Source of the DNA: an uncultured Rhodobacterales bacterium
GTDB taxonomy: Bacteria; Pseudomonadota; Alphaproteobacteria; Rhodobacterales; Rhodobacteraceae
Length of the DNA stretch: 64,000 nucleotides
Direction: 5' to 3'
NCBI GenBank assembly: GCA_964465485.1
Contig: CAYXIZ010000001.1
Span: forward strand, 49,332-113,331
The position numbers and the translations under genes are program-made. Under the pieces are notes generated by a model that saw nothing but the letters and a program-made list of their open reading frames with translations, made no database searches and was not told where the DNA came from. Below are positions 39,816 through 50,180 of this stretch, piece by piece. Each line of letters begins with the position of its first letter. The first letter of the stretch is position 1.

Positions 39816-42800
39816 ATGACCAAATTTGATGAAACTTGGGTGGCTCAGGAAGAAACAAAACGTTCCTGGATGGCGCAAAACAGCCTGTACCGTGATCAAG
39901 ACGAACATGCGTCGTGCGGCGTGGGACTTGTCGTCTCCATCGACGGGAAGAAGTCCCGCAAGGTTGTTGAGAACGGGATCAACGCGCTGAAAGCCGTTTG
40001 GCATCGTGGCGCGGTCGATGCTGACGGAAAGACCGGCGATGGCGCGGGCATTCACGTCCAAATTCCCGTACCTTTTTTCTATAATCAGATCGAACGGACC
40101 GGGCACACTCCGAACAAGGATGAGATGATCGCTGTCGGTCAGGTCTTCCTGCCGCGCACTGATTTTGGCGCTCAAGAGGCTTGCCGTACCATCGTCGAGA
40201 CTGAGGTCTTGCGGATGGGATACCGTATCTATGGCTGGCGTCATGTCCCGGTGAACGTCGCCTGCCTCGGTGAAAAAGCCAACGCGACACGGCCTGAGAT
40301 TGAGCAAATCCTGATCTCTAACTCGAAAGGCGTCGAGGAAGAGGAGTTCGAACGTGAGCTCTACGTCATCCGTCGCCGTATTGAGAAAGCCGCTGCGACC
40401 TTGAAGGAGCTCTATATCTGCTCCTTGAGCTGCCGGTCGATCATCTACAAAGGCATGATGCTCGCCGAACAAGTGGCGGATTTTTACCCCGACCTGATGG
40501 ATGAACGTTTCGAGAGTGCTTTTGCGATCTATCACCAACGTTATTCCACCAACACCTTTCCGCAATGGTGGTTGGCCCAGCCTTTCCGCATGCTGGCCCA
40601 TAACGGCGAGATCAACACGCTCAAAGGCAATCTAAACTGGATGAAAAGCCACGAGATCCGGATGGCCTCCGGTGCTTTTGGCGATATGGCCGATGACATC
40701 AAACCGATCGTTCCCGCCGGGTCTTCGGATTCGGCGGCGCTCGACTCGGTGTTTGAGGTGCTCGTCCGCGCTGGCCGTTCCGCGCCTATGGCCAAAACGA
40801 TGCTGGTGCCGGAAGCGTGGTCTCAGCAGGCGGTGGATATGCCAGAAGCTTGGCAGGATATGTATTCCTATTGCAACTCCGTGATGGAGCCATGGGACGG
40901 CCCTGCCGCATTGGCAATGACCGATGGTCGCTGGGTCTGCGCCGGGCTGGATCGCAACGGGTTGCGTCCGATGCGCTATGCCGTGACTGGGGACGGGCTA
41001 CTTATTGCGGGATCAGAGACCGGGATGGTGCCTTTTGACGAGGCCACCGTGCGCGAGAAGGGTGCGCTTGGGCCGGGCCAGATGATCGGCGTCCATATGG
41101 GCAAGGGGAAGCTGTTCCACGATAAAGAGCTAAAGGACAAAATGTCTGCGGCCCTGCCCTTTGGCGAGTGGTGTTCGCGGATCACCCATCTTGATGAGAT
41201 CACTTTGGATGTGAAAGAAGAAGCGCTATTCTCAGGTGCTGAGCTACGCAAACGTCAGATCGCTGCAGGCTATTCGGTTGAAGAGCTGGAGCAAATTCTT
41301 GCGCCAATGGCGGAAGACGGCAAGGAGACGCTGGCCTCCATGGGGGATGACACGCCGTCTGCGGTGCTGTCGAAAAAGTACCGTCCGCTGAGTCATTTCT
41401 TCCGTCAGGCGTTCTCTCAGGTGACCAACCCGCCGATTGACAGCTTGCGCGAATTCCGCGTGATGAGCCTCAAAACACGGTTCGGGAACCTGAAAAACGT
41501 GTTGGACGAAGATTCCAGCCAGACCGAAATTCTCGTGCTCGACAGCCCTTTTGTTGGCAACGCGCAGTTTGAAAAGCTCACGGAGCAGTTCAACGCGGAT
41601 ATGGTCGTGATCGACTGTACGTTCGAGAATGGCGAGAATGCTTTGCGCAGTGCGCTTCACCGGGTTCGTGCGGAGGCCGAGGACGCCGTGCGGTCTGGTG
41701 CCGGGCATATTGTTTTGACCGACCAGCACCAAGGCGAAGACAAGGTCGCGATGCCGATGATCCTTGCGACCTCGGCTGTCCATGCTTGGCTGACCGCCAA
41801 AGGTCTGCGGACGTTCTGCTCGCTCAATGTGAGGTCTGCTGAATGTGTCGACCCGCATTACTTCGCCGTGCTGATCGGCTGCGGGGCAACAACCGTGAAC
41901 GCCTATCTCGCCGAGGATTCCTTGGCGGATCGCATCGAGCGCGGCTTGCTTGATTGCTCCCTCACCGAGGCAGTTGCACGGTATCGCAATGCCATTGACC
42001 AAGGCTTGCTGAAGATCATGGCGAAGATGGGGATCTCTGTGATCTCATCTTATCGTGGCGGTCTAAATTTCGAGGCTGTCGGCTTGTCGCGAGCAATGGT
42101 CAATGAATTCTTCCCGGGCATGCAGTCGCGTATTTCCGGGATCGGTATCACCGGCATTCAATCAAAAGCGGTCGACGTGCATCAGCTTGGTTGGCGGGGT
42201 GGTCAGGACGTTCTGCCGATTGGTGGATTCTACAAAGCCCGCCGTACTGGCGAGAAACATGCCTGGGAAGCGCAAACCATGCATATGCTTCAAGCCGCCT
42301 GTGCGCGGGCGAGCTACGACATGTGGAAGCAATTCAGCCAGACCATGCAGGCAAACCCTCCGATCCACTTGCGCGACCTGTTGGATATCAAATCCATGGG
42401 CGAGCCGATTGCGATTGAAGAGGTGGAGTCGATCACTGCCATCCGCAAACGGTTTGTGACGCCGGGCATGTCGCTGGGCGCGTTGAGCCCAGAGGCGCAT
42501 AAAACGTTGAACGTCGCGATGAACCGCATTGGTGCAAAATCCGACAGCGGTGAGGGCGGCGAAGACCCGGCGCATTTTGTGCCGGAGCCAAATGGCGACA
42601 ACCCGTCTGCGAAGATCAAGCAGGTGGCTTCCGGTCGGTTTGGGGTGACTGCTGAGTATCTGAACCATTGCGAAGAGCTTGAAATCAAGGTCGCGCAGGG
42701 TGCCAAGCCCGGCGAGGGCGGGCAGCTGCCCGGTATGAAAGTGACCAAGCTGATCGCACGGCTGCGTCACTCGACCGAAGGGGTCACGCTGATTTCCCCG

Positions 42801-44342
42801 CCGCCGCATCACGACATCTACTCCATCGAGGACCTCGCGCAGCTGATCTACGATCTTAAGCAGATCAACCCGCGCTGTAAGGTGACCGTGAAACTGGTGG
42901 CGGCTTCCGGCGTTGGCACGATTGCTGCGGGTGTGGCGAAGGCGAAGGCCGACGTGATCCTGATCTCTGGCCACAATGGCGGGACAGGCGCCTCGCCTGC
43001 GACCTCCATCAAATACGCGGGTCTGCCATGGGAGATGGGTCTGACCGAGGCGCATCAGGTGCTGGCGATGAACAACCTGCGCGAACGGATCACCCTGCGC
43101 ACCGATGGCGGTTTGCGCACGGGGCGTGACATCGTCATGGCAGCAATGATGGGTGCTGAGGAATATGGTATTGGCACCGCTGCGCTGATCGCGATGGGCT
43201 GCATTATGGTGCGCCAGTGCCAGTCGAATACCTGCCCTGTTGGCGTCTGCACCCAAGATGAGGAGCTGCGGGCGAAGTTCACTGGCAACGCGGATAAGGT
43301 CGTGAACCTGATCACGTTCTACGCGCAGGAGGTGCGGGAAATCCTTGCCTCCATCGGGGCGCGGTCTTTGGACGACGTCATCGGACGTGCTGATCTTCTG
43401 ACGCAGGTGTCGCGTGGCTCCGCGCATTTGGATGATCTGGATCTGAACCCTCTGCTGATCACCGTCGATGGGGCGCATTCGATCAATTATGACCGAACCA
43501 AGCCGCGTAACGAGGTGCCGGACACGCTGGACGCTGAGATTGTGAAAGATGCGCAGCCGTTCTTGAAGGAGGGTGAGAAGATGCAGCTGTCCTATGCGGT
43601 GCAGAATACCCTGCGCACCATCGGGACGCGGACGTCGAGCCACATTGTGCAGCGGTTTGGAATGTGGAACGATCTACAACCGGATCACCTGACGGTGAAG
43701 CTGACCGGGTCGGCGGGTCAGGCGCTGGGGGCATTTGCGGCTCCGGGGTTGAAGCTTGAAGTCTTTGGTGACGCGAATGACTACGTGGGCAAGGGATTGT
43801 CCGGGGGTCGCATCGTGGTGCGGCCGGCGCAGGAGAGCCCGTTGGTGGCGGCTGATAACACGATCATCGGCAACACTGTGCTTTACGGCGCGACGGCTGG
43901 GCATTTGTTAGCGGCCGGGCGAGCGGGCGAGCGGTTTGCGGTTCGCAACTCCGGGGCCAGCGTGGTCATTGAGGGCTGTGGCACCAATGGGTGCGAGTAT
44001 ATGACTGGAGGGGTCGCTGTGATCCTTGGGTCAATTGGAGCCAACTTTGGCGCCGGGATGACGGGCGGGATGGCCTATATTTATGATCCTGACGGCATGG
44101 CGCCTGAGCTGATGAATATGGAAACCATCGTCACTTGCCCTGTGACGGTTGATCATTGGGAGGCCCAGTTGAAGGGGCTGATCGAGGCACACCGGGATGA
44201 AACTGCCAGCGTGAAGGCGGCTCAAATCTTGCAGGATTGGGAGGCTGAGAAGGTCAATTTCTTGCAAGTCTGCCCGATCGAGATGCTGTCGCGAATTCCG
44301 GCTCCGTTGAGCTATGAGGAAGAGGCGATTCCGGCGGAATGA
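39816..44342 (+). CDS. gltB: glutamate synthase large subunit
   Basis: Mature N-terminus CGVG, HQRYSTNT, KVAQGAKPGEGGQLPG, CIMVRQCQSNTC and a GXGXG domain. Confidence 0.98.
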   Translation: MTKFDETWVAQEETKRSWMAQNSLYRDQDEHASCGVGLVVSIDGKKSRKVVENGINALKAVWHRGAVDADGKTGDGAGIHVQIPVPFFYNQIERTGHTPNKDEMIAVGQVFLPRTDFGAQEACRTIVETEVLRMGYRIYGWRHVPVNVACLGEKANATRPEIEQILISNSKGVEEEEFERELYVIRRRIEKAAATLKELYICSLSCRSIIYKGMMLAEQVADFYPDLMDERFESAFAIYHQRYSTNTFPQWWLAQPFRMLAHNGEINTLKGNLNWMKSHEIRMASGAFGDMADDIKPIVPAGSSDSAALDSVFEVLVRAGRSAPMAKTMLVPEAWSQQAVDMPEAWQDMYSYCNSVMEPWDGPAALAMTDGRWVCAGLDRNGLRPMRYAVTGDGLLIAGSETGMVPFDEATVREKGALGPGQMIGVHMGKGKLFHDKELKDKMSAALPFGEWCSRITHLDEITLDVKEEALFSGAELRKRQIAAGYSVEELEQILAPMAEDGKETLASMGDDTPSAVLSKKYRPLSHFFRQAFSQVTNPPIDSLREFRVMSLKTRFGNLKNVLDEDSSQTEILVLDSPFVGNAQFEKLTEQFNADMVVIDCTFENGENALRSALHRVRAEAEDAVRSGAGHIVLTDQHQGEDKVAMPMILATSAVHAWLTAKGLRTFCSLNVRSAECVDPHYFAVLIGCGATTVNAYLAEDSLADRIERGLLDCSLTEAVARYRNAIDQGLLKIMAKMGISVISSYRGGLNFEAVGLSRAMVNEFFPGMQSRISGIGITGIQSKAVDVHQLGWRGGQDVLPIGGFYKARRTGEKHAWEAQTMHMLQAACARASYDMWKQFSQTMQANPPIHLRDLLDIKSMGEPIAIEEVESITAIRKRFVTPGMSLGALSPEAHKTLNVAMNRIGAKSDSGEGGEDPAHFVPEPNGDNPSAKIKQVASGRFGVTAEYLNHCEELEIKVAQGAKPGEGGQLPGMKVTKLIARLRHSTEGVTLISPPPHHDIYSIEDLAQLIYDLKQINPRCKVTVKLVAASGVGTIAAGVAKAKADVILISGHNGGTGASPATSIKYAGLPWEMGLTEAHQVLAMNNLRERITLRTDGGLRTGRDIVMAAMMGAEEYGIGTAALIAMGCIMVRQCQSNTCPVGVCTQDEELRAKFTGNADKVVNLITFYAQEVREILASIGARSLDDVIGRADLLTQVSRGSAHLDDLDLNPLLITVDGAHSINYDRTKPRNEVPDTLDAEIVKDAQPFLKEGEKMQLSYAVQNTLRTIGTRTSSHIVQRFGMWNDLQPDHLTVKLTGSAGQALGAFAAPGLKLEVFGDANDYVGKGLSGGRIVVRPAQESPLVAADNTIIGNTVLYGATAGHLLAAGRAGERFAVRNSGASVVIEGCGTNGCEYMTGGVAVILGSIGANFGAGMTGGMAYIYDPDGMAPELMNMETIVTCPVTVDHWEAQLKGLIEAHRDETASVKAAQILQDWEAEKVNFLQVCPIEMLSRIPAPLSYEEEAIPAE

Positions 44343-44453
44343 GCCAGAATCGCGCGATGCGACGCATGCGTTGGATTTGCTTAAGTAACTGAAATATAAG
44401 GGTTAATGCAGATTCTTTAAGTCTGTGTCAACCTTTGAAATCGCGCCGTTTTC

Positions 44454-44924
44454 TCAGTTGTCGAGACGTTCGCAAGCGCCGCCCTGAGCGCAGTTCTCGA
44501 CGCGTTTTACGTCGTCCTGAGCGGGCTCCTGAAAGGCAAAGCCATAACAGGGCCCTACGTCAAAGATCAGCTTTTCATTGTCGCGGTTTTCCACGAAGGC
44601 GATGTAGTCGGTGTCGGGTTGCAGGTCGGCGCACCAAGAGGCTTCGCAGAGCATATTGATCTCTACCTGTGCTGAGACCTGTTGCGTGAAACCTGCGCCT
44701 GTCAGGAGACGTCCGTCAAAGGTGGCCTCGACTGTTTTGCTCTCTGGTGCGTCCGTCTTTGGCGGCGGTGTGAAGGCGAATGTTCCTTTAAGCACCACAT
44801 AGGACAGGTCAGAGGCGGCAGCCGTTTGGTAGGCCTCCGCGACATCAGGTTTAAGGCAAGACAAGGCAACCGCCTGTTGGGTAGAGATTGCGGTAAGCAC
44901 GGCGGCTGTAAGGATTTTTTTCAT
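44454..44924 (-). CDS. hypothetical exported protein, Cys-containing
   Basis: Signal peptide MKKILTAAVLTAISTQQAVA followed by LSC; six Cys. Confidence 0.7.
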   Translation of the reverse strand: MKKILTAAVLTAISTQQAVALSCLKPDVAEAYQTAAASDLSYVVLKGTFAFTPPPKTDAPESKTVEATFDGRLLTGAGFTQQVSAQVEINMLCEASWCADLQPDTDYIAFVENRDNEKLIFDVGPCYGFAFQEPAQDDVKRVENCAQGGACERLDN

Positions 44925-45033
44925 ATGTGCACTGTGCGCCCACGCTCGCTTGGGCTCAACTCACATTTGTGTCGAGCGTGCGCGGGTGCGGGTTTCAGCC
45001 CAAAACGGGGCCGCGATGCTGGCGGTTTTGAGC

Positions 45034-45540
45034 TTAACCGGCTTCGAGGATAAAGGGCCGGAATTCGGCAATGACCTGCGCGTAGGTTTCCCGTTTGAAG
45101 GGCACGATATTGCCCAAGAGCGCGTCGAGATCCATCCATTGCCAGGTCGAAAACTCAGGCTCTTCGGTCTCGATATTGATATCGCTGTCCTCACCATGAA
45201 AACGCAGCAGAAAGTATTTTTGCATCTGGCCGCGAAACTTGCCCTTCCAGAGAGTTGGGACCAGCTCATGGGGCAGGTCATAGGGCAGCCAATCAGAGGT
45301 TTCCGCCAGGATAGACACTTTTTCGGGGGTAAGCCCTGTCTCTTCCTCCAGCTCGCGAAGTGCGGCATCGCGGGGGTCTTCGCCCTTGTCGACACCGCCT
45401 TGTGGCATCTGCCATGCAGGGCCGGGGCTGTCGATGCGTTGAGCAGCAAAGACCTTACCGTCCCCGTTCACGACCATCAGGCCGACGCAGGGACGGTAGG
45501 GAAGTTTTTCAATCTGCTCCGCTGTCAGTTCAAGCGTCAC
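45034..45540 (-). CDS. rppH: RNA pyrophosphohydrolase (Nudix)
   Basis: YRPCVG, WQMPQGG and Nudix box [17 protein letters not shown]. Confidence 0.93.
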   Translation of the reverse strand: MTLELTAEQIEKLPYRPCVGLMVVNGDGKVFAAQRIDSPGPAWQMPQGGVDKGEDPRDAALRELEEETGLTPEKVSILAETSDWLPYDLPHELVPTLWKGKFRGQMQKYFLLRFHGEDSDINIETEEPEFSTWQWMDLDALLGNIVPFKRETYAQVIAEFRPFILEAG

Positions 45541-45547
45541 TTAGCGC

Positions 45548-46897
45548 TCACTCGCCATTTGCATTTGCGATGGCGGAGAGGCCTTTCAGGATGTCGAGCG
45601 CATAGGCGAGCTGGTAATCCTCTTCACGCAGCTCTGCGGCTTTTTCGGCCTTCTCCTGCTCCGCTTCAATGATCTCGCGTTCAGCTTCGCTGACATCGTC
45701 ATTGGACAGAGAGCCGCGCAAATCAGCCTCAGACCGGCTTGGGCGGTCATTCTCTTCCTCTTCCGTGGCCTCCGCATTCGGGTCACGGCGCGGTTGCACG
45801 ACGATAATGTCGGGTGCCACACCCAGCGCCTGAATGGAACGGCCAGATGGTGTGTAGTAGCGCGAGGTTGTCAGGCGCATGGCGCCGTCGCCGCGGACGG
45901 GTACAACGGTCTGGACGGAGCCTTTGCCAAAGCTCTTCTCACCGATGACCACAGCGCGGCCATGATCCTGCAAGGCCCCTGCGACAATTTCGGATGCGGA
46001 GGCGGAGCCGCCATTGATCAGAACCACGATGGGCTTGCCATTGCTCAGGTCGCCGTCGGTTGCGTTATAGCGTTCACTGTCGCGCGGGTTTCGGCCACGG
46101 GTGGAGACGATCTCCCCCTGATCCAAGAACGCGTCAGAAACCGCGATGGCTTGGTTCAGAAGACCACCGGGGTTGTTGCGCAGGTCAAGAACGATACCGT
46201 TCACATTGTCTTCGCCGCCCAGCTCTTCGATCTGCTTTTTCAGGCCAGACTCAAGGTTGGGGTAGGTCTGACGGTTGAAGGTCGAAACACGCAGGACGAC
46301 GCTGTCACCTTCAGTGCGAGCGCGCACGGCGGTCAGTTTGATCGTATCGCGGATGATTGAGACGTCAAAGGGCTCGTCGGTGCCTTCGCGCACAACGGTC
46401 AGGATAATCTCGGAGCCGACAGGGCCGCGCATCAGCTCGACCGCTTGCTCAAGGTTCAGGCCAAGGATGCTTTCGCCGTCAACGGCGGTGATGAAGTCGC
46501 CGGCTTCCATGCCAGCCTTATCGGCGGGCGTGTCATCCATCGGCGTGACCACTTTGACGTAGCCCTCTTCCTGTGTGACCTCGATGCCGAGGCCGCCGAA
46601 CTCACCGGATGTCTGCGTGCGCATGTCCTCGAAATCGCTGGCCGACAGGTAGGAAGAATGCGGATCAAGCGAGGTCAGCATGCCGTTGATGGCAGCCTCG
46701 ATCAGCTCTGAATCCTCGACCTCCTCGACATATTGCGCGCGAATGCGCTCGAAAATGTCGCCAAAGAGGTCAAGCTGCTCGTAGACGTTTGACGTCTTCT
46801 CAGATTCCTGGGCCAGCAGAGGGCCTGTAACTTGCGTGGTCACGAGGACCCCTGCGGCAGTGCCAAGGAAGGCGGCCAGCATAAACTTTTTCATCAT
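45548..46897 (-). CDS. ctpA: S41 carboxyl-terminal processing protease
   Basis: LDPHS, a PDZ domain, DLRNNPGG, SASASEI and FGKGSVQ. Confidence 0.93.
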   Translation of the reverse strand: MMKKFMLAAFLGTAAGVLVTTQVTGPLLAQESEKTSNVYEQLDLFGDIFERIRAQYVEEVEDSELIEAAINGMLTSLDPHSSYLSASDFEDMRTQTSGEFGGLGIEVTQEEGYVKVVTPMDDTPADKAGMEAGDFITAVDGESILGLNLEQAVELMRGPVGSEIILTVVREGTDEPFDVSIIRDTIKLTAVRARTEGDSVVLRVSTFNRQTYPNLESGLKKQIEELGGEDNVNGIVLDLRNNPGGLLNQAIAVSDAFLDQGEIVSTRGRNPRDSERYNATDGDLSNGKPIVVLINGGSASASEIVAGALQDHGRAVVIGEKSFGKGSVQTVVPVRGDGAMRLTTSRYYTPSGRSIQALGVAPDIIVVQPRRDPNAEATEEEENDRPSRSEADLRGSLSNDDVSEAEREIIEAEQEKAEKAAELREEDYQLAYALDILKGLSAIANANGE

Positions 46898-46898
46898 A

Positions 46899-48032
46899 TC
46901 ATCCTTCGTCCGCCACGAACCATTCGGCGGGGTTTGTGGGCGCGTTGCCCTGTCTGAGTTCTATATAGAGCGACTCTTCGCGATTGCCGCCACTCCCTTT
47001 GGTCGCAGAGATCAAAAAAGCGTCACCGTCTGGTGCATTTCCGCCCATAATAGCAAGCCCATCCCCTTGTGACACGATTTGCCCCTCCTTGACCAATGGT
47101 GTTCCGAGCCCCGCAAAGAGCAGCAGGAAATCCTTGCCGGGCTCCAGAATGACCACGGATCCCTGATCCAGAAGCGGCCCGGCGTAGCGCACGGTGGCGG
47201 GCCATGGCGCGGTCACCAAGGCCTCGGCAGAGACGGCGAGGGTGAGGCCGGGGCGTTTGAGACCCTGCTCGTCCGGCTCGTTATAGGATTGGATGACGGT
47301 GCCGATGGCGGGCATGGGCAGGTTGCCTTTGGCGGCCTCGAAATCGGCGAGGTTGGCGGTTTGCGCGACGCCAAGCTCGGCCAGTTTGTCCGCGAAATCC
47401 TGCAGCGTGCTGGCGCTGGCAACAAGCTCGGCCATTTGCGCGGGGTTGGAGGCGATGCGGCCCGGCAGATCGGTGCGGTCGGCCACGGATTTGGCCAGCG
47501 CGGTCCGGGCGGTCTGAGCATTTTCCAAGGCTTCAACCACCTGCGCCGCGGCACTTTCCTGCAGAGCGCGGATGACGGTGATTTCCTGCAGTTGGCTGCG
47601 CAGCTCCAACGCCTCTTTCTGGAGGGCGGGCGTGACGTCAGACAGGATCATGCCGGAGCGCGCGGTGCCGATGGGGCCGCTGGGATGCATCATCAGCAAG
47701 GGCGCGGGAGAGCGGCCGATGGTTTGCAGGACGCCGAGAAGGCGGGACAAGCGGTCCTCCTTGGCCTCGAAGACCAGCGTGATGGCGCGTTCGCGGATGG
47801 CGATGCGGCGCAGGCCCTCGCGGACGGCAGCGAGACCTTCCTCATAGGCGCGGACAGTTTGGGTGAGGGCTGCCACCCGGTCAGAGGCGCGTTCTGCCGC
47901 GTTCAGTTGGATGGAGGCCGCGTCGAGCATCTGAACCGCGCGTTTGGCAGTGGTCACGGGGTCGGACTGCGCGTGGGCCATGGAGGCCGAAAACAGCAGG
48001 AACAGACCCTGAATGGCGCGGGTGAGGGTCAC
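46899..48032 (-). CDS. envC: murein hydrolase activator EnvC / M23 family protein
   Basis: Signal peptide, coiled coil and degenerate M23 domain (LYIELR); conserved gpmI-envC-ctpA order. Confidence 0.85.
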   Translation of the reverse strand: MTLTRAIQGLFLLFSASMAHAQSDPVTTAKRAVQMLDAASIQLNAAERASDRVAALTQTVRAYEEGLAAVREGLRRIAIRERAITLVFEAKEDRLSRLLGVLQTIGRSPAPLLMMHPSGPIGTARSGMILSDVTPALQKEALELRSQLQEITVIRALQESAAAQVVEALENAQTARTALAKSVADRTDLPGRIASNPAQMAELVASASTLQDFADKLAELGVAQTANLADFEAAKGNLPMPAIGTVIQSYNEPDEQGLKRPGLTLAVSAEALVTAPWPATVRYAGPLLDQGSVVILEPGKDFLLLFAGLGTPLVKEGQIVSQGDGLAIMGGNAPDGDAFLISATKGSGGNREESLYIELRQGNAPTNPAEWFVADEG

Positions 48033-49546
48033 GAGATGAGGGACTTTCCGGTCATCTCTTCGGGTTTTTCGATCTGCATAAGTTCCAACAAGGATGGCGC
48101 GAGATCGGCGAGTTTGCCCTTGCTTAACTTGGCCCCGTCCGGACCGCCCACCAAGATCACGGGCACCGGGTTCAGCGTATGGGCGGTGTGCGGGTTTCCG
48201 GTATCCGGGTCGATCATCATGTCGCAATTGCCATGGTCTGCCGTGATGATCATGGCCCCGCCGGTCACATCGAGCGCCTTGAGCGCGCGGCCCAGACCCT
48301 GATCGACGGCCTCGCAAGCTTTCTTGGCGGCGTCCAGGTCTCCAGTGTGGCCGACCATGTCGGGGTTTGCGTAGTTCACGACGATCAGGTTGTAGCGCTC
48401 GTAAATGCCATCGACCAGCTTGTCAGACACCTCGCCGGCCGACATTTCGGGCTGCAAATCATAGGTCGCAACGTTGGGCGATTGCGCCATGTAGCGGTCT
48501 TCGCCCTCTTCGGGTTCCTCCTTGCCGCCGTTCAGGAAGAAGGTGACATGCGGGTATTTCTCTGTCTCGGCGAGCCGCAACTGTTTGAGACCGTGCGAGG
48601 CCACCCAAGCGCCAAGCGTGTTCTTGATCTTTTGCTTGGGAAACACAGTCGTCATGTAGTCGTTGTGCGCGGTCGAGTAATCCACCATGCCCAGCCGCGC
48701 CGCCAGCTTGGGCGCGTTGGCGGTGGAGAACCCTTCGAAACGGATATCGCCGATGGCGGCAAGGATTTCTCGGGCGCGATCGGCGCGGAAGTTCAGGCAG
48801 AAGACGCCATCGTCTTCCTGCATGCCCTTATAGCCGGTGATCACCGAGGGCGGGATGAACTCGTCGGTCTGGTCATTGCCGTAGGCATCACGAATGACGG
48901 AAAGCGGGTCGGCATAGTTGCGCCCCTCGGCATGGACCATGGACCGATAGGCTTTCTCGACCCTATCCCAGCGGTTATCGCGGTCCATCGCAAAATAGCG
49001 CCCGCCCACGGTGACGATGTGTGCGCCCTCAGGCAGGTTGTCTTTGAGCGTCTTGATATAGGCTCTGGCAGATTTTGGAGCGACGTCGCGCCCGTCGGTG
49101 ATGGCGTGGATGGCCACTGGCACGTCTGCGTCGGTGATGGCCTTCGCGGCTGCGATCATGTGACTTGTATGCCCGTGAACCCCGCCGTCAGACACAAGGC
49201 CGATCAGATGCGCCGTCCCGCCAGAGGTCTTGAGCGTTTTGATGAAGTCCAAAAGGGCCTGTTGCTCGAAAAAGCTGCCGTCCTCGATGGCCAAATCTAT
49301 TTGCCCCAGATCCATTGCGACAACGCGACCTGCGCCGATATTGGTGTGACCGACCTCGGAATTGCCCATTTGACTTTTTGGCAGACCCACATCAGGGCCA
49401 AAAGTGGTCAATGTCGCATTGGGACACTCTGCCATAACGCGGTCGAAATTGGGGGTGTTGGCCAGCAAAGGGGCGTTTCCGGCCTCCGTATTGGAGAGGC
49501 CCCAGCCGTCAAGAATGCATAGAACTACAGGTTTAGGGATGCTCAT
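48029..49546 (-). CDS. gpmI: 2,3-bisphosphoglycerate-independent phosphoglycerate mutase
   Basis: LDGWG, MGNSEVGH, SDGGVH, AETEKYPHVT, NPDMVGH and ADHGN. Confidence 0.97.
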   Translation of the reverse strand: MSIPKPVVLCILDGWGLSNTEAGNAPLLANTPNFDRVMAECPNATLTTFGPDVGLPKSQMGNSEVGHTNIGAGRVVAMDLGQIDLAIEDGSFFEQQALLDFIKTLKTSGGTAHLIGLVSDGGVHGHTSHMIAAAKAITDADVPVAIHAITDGRDVAPKSARAYIKTLKDNLPEGAHIVTVGGRYFAMDRDNRWDRVEKAYRSMVHAEGRNYADPLSVIRDAYGNDQTDEFIPPSVITGYKGMQEDDGVFCLNFRADRAREILAAIGDIRFEGFSTANAPKLAARLGMVDYSTAHNDYMTTVFPKQKIKNTLGAWVASHGLKQLRLAETEKYPHVTFFLNGGKEEPEEGEDRYMAQSPNVATYDLQPEMSAGEVSDKLVDGIYERYNLIVVNYANPDMVGHTGDLDAAKKACEAVDQGLGRALKALDVTGGAMIITADHGNCDMMIDPDTGNPHTAHTLNPVPVILVGGPDGAKLSKGKLADLAPSLLELMQIEKPEEMTGKSLIS

Positions 49547-49574
49547 CGGTGCTCGTCCTCATTTGAGGCACAAG

Positions 49575-50180
49575 TTACGCGGTGATGGCTGGACCCACAA
49601 CCACCTGACGTTGACCGATCGCCTTGGCCGGGCTTCCTACGACGACCACACCCGCTGGGATGCTGCGGGTCACAACTGCGCCTGCTCCGATGATCGCTCC
49701 GTCGCCAATACTGACGCCGGGCAGAATGACAGCGTTTGCCCCGATCCAGACGTCATGGCCGAGGGTGACGGGCTGCTCTGCCATGGGTTGCTGTGAGACC
49801 GGGGTGCCCGCGTGAAAGTCGTAATTCGCGGCGGTGATGGTGACATTGGGGCCAAGCAACAGGTTGTCGCCTGCTCTGATTGTGCCATGCGTTTGCCCGG
49901 CCCAGAGGCTGCAATTCGCTCCGATATGCGCGGCCTGGCCCAGGTGGATATTTCCGGCATTCGCAAAAGAGGCCGTGGGGCTGATCGTGCAGGCATCCCC
50001 TATTTGCAGCAGCCTCCGTTGGGTGACATGGGTGTGGTTATAGTAGTTCACAATGCGTAAAAGATGCAGCCAAGCGCGCGGATCGAGAAGGGACAGGACG
50101 GCCCTGGTCCCCCTTTGTGACTTGTTTAGGGTCTGCTTTTTGAGATCTGGCCTGAAGATGTGTTCAGTGGTGACGGTCAT
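49575..50180 (-). CDS. hexapeptide-repeat O-acetyltransferase
   Basis: VTLGHDVWIGANAVILPGVSIGDGAIIGAGAVVT...GSPAK. Confidence 0.9.
   Translation of the reverse strand: MTVTTEHIFRPDLKKQTLNKSQRGTRAVLSLLDPRAWLHLLRIVNYYNHTHVTQRRLLQIGDACTISPTASFANAGNIHLGQAAHIGANCSLWAGQTHGTIRAGDNLLLGPNVTITAANYDFHAGTPVSQQPMAEQPVTLGHDVWIGANAVILPGVSIGDGAIIGAGAVVTRSIPAGVVVVGSPAKAIGQRQVVVGPAITA

Noticed and set aside
42162-43643. 493-aa antisense ORF within gltB (similarly 47079-48302, 48179-49522, 29142-30230, 21087-22178)
   Set aside because: Shadow ORFs opposite well-conserved genes in GC-rich DNA, with no recognisable motifs.
44381-44420. TTAA cluster downstream of gltB as a CtrA site
   Set aside because: The spacings are not 7 nt and the region lies between convergent genes, so a promoter role is unlikely.
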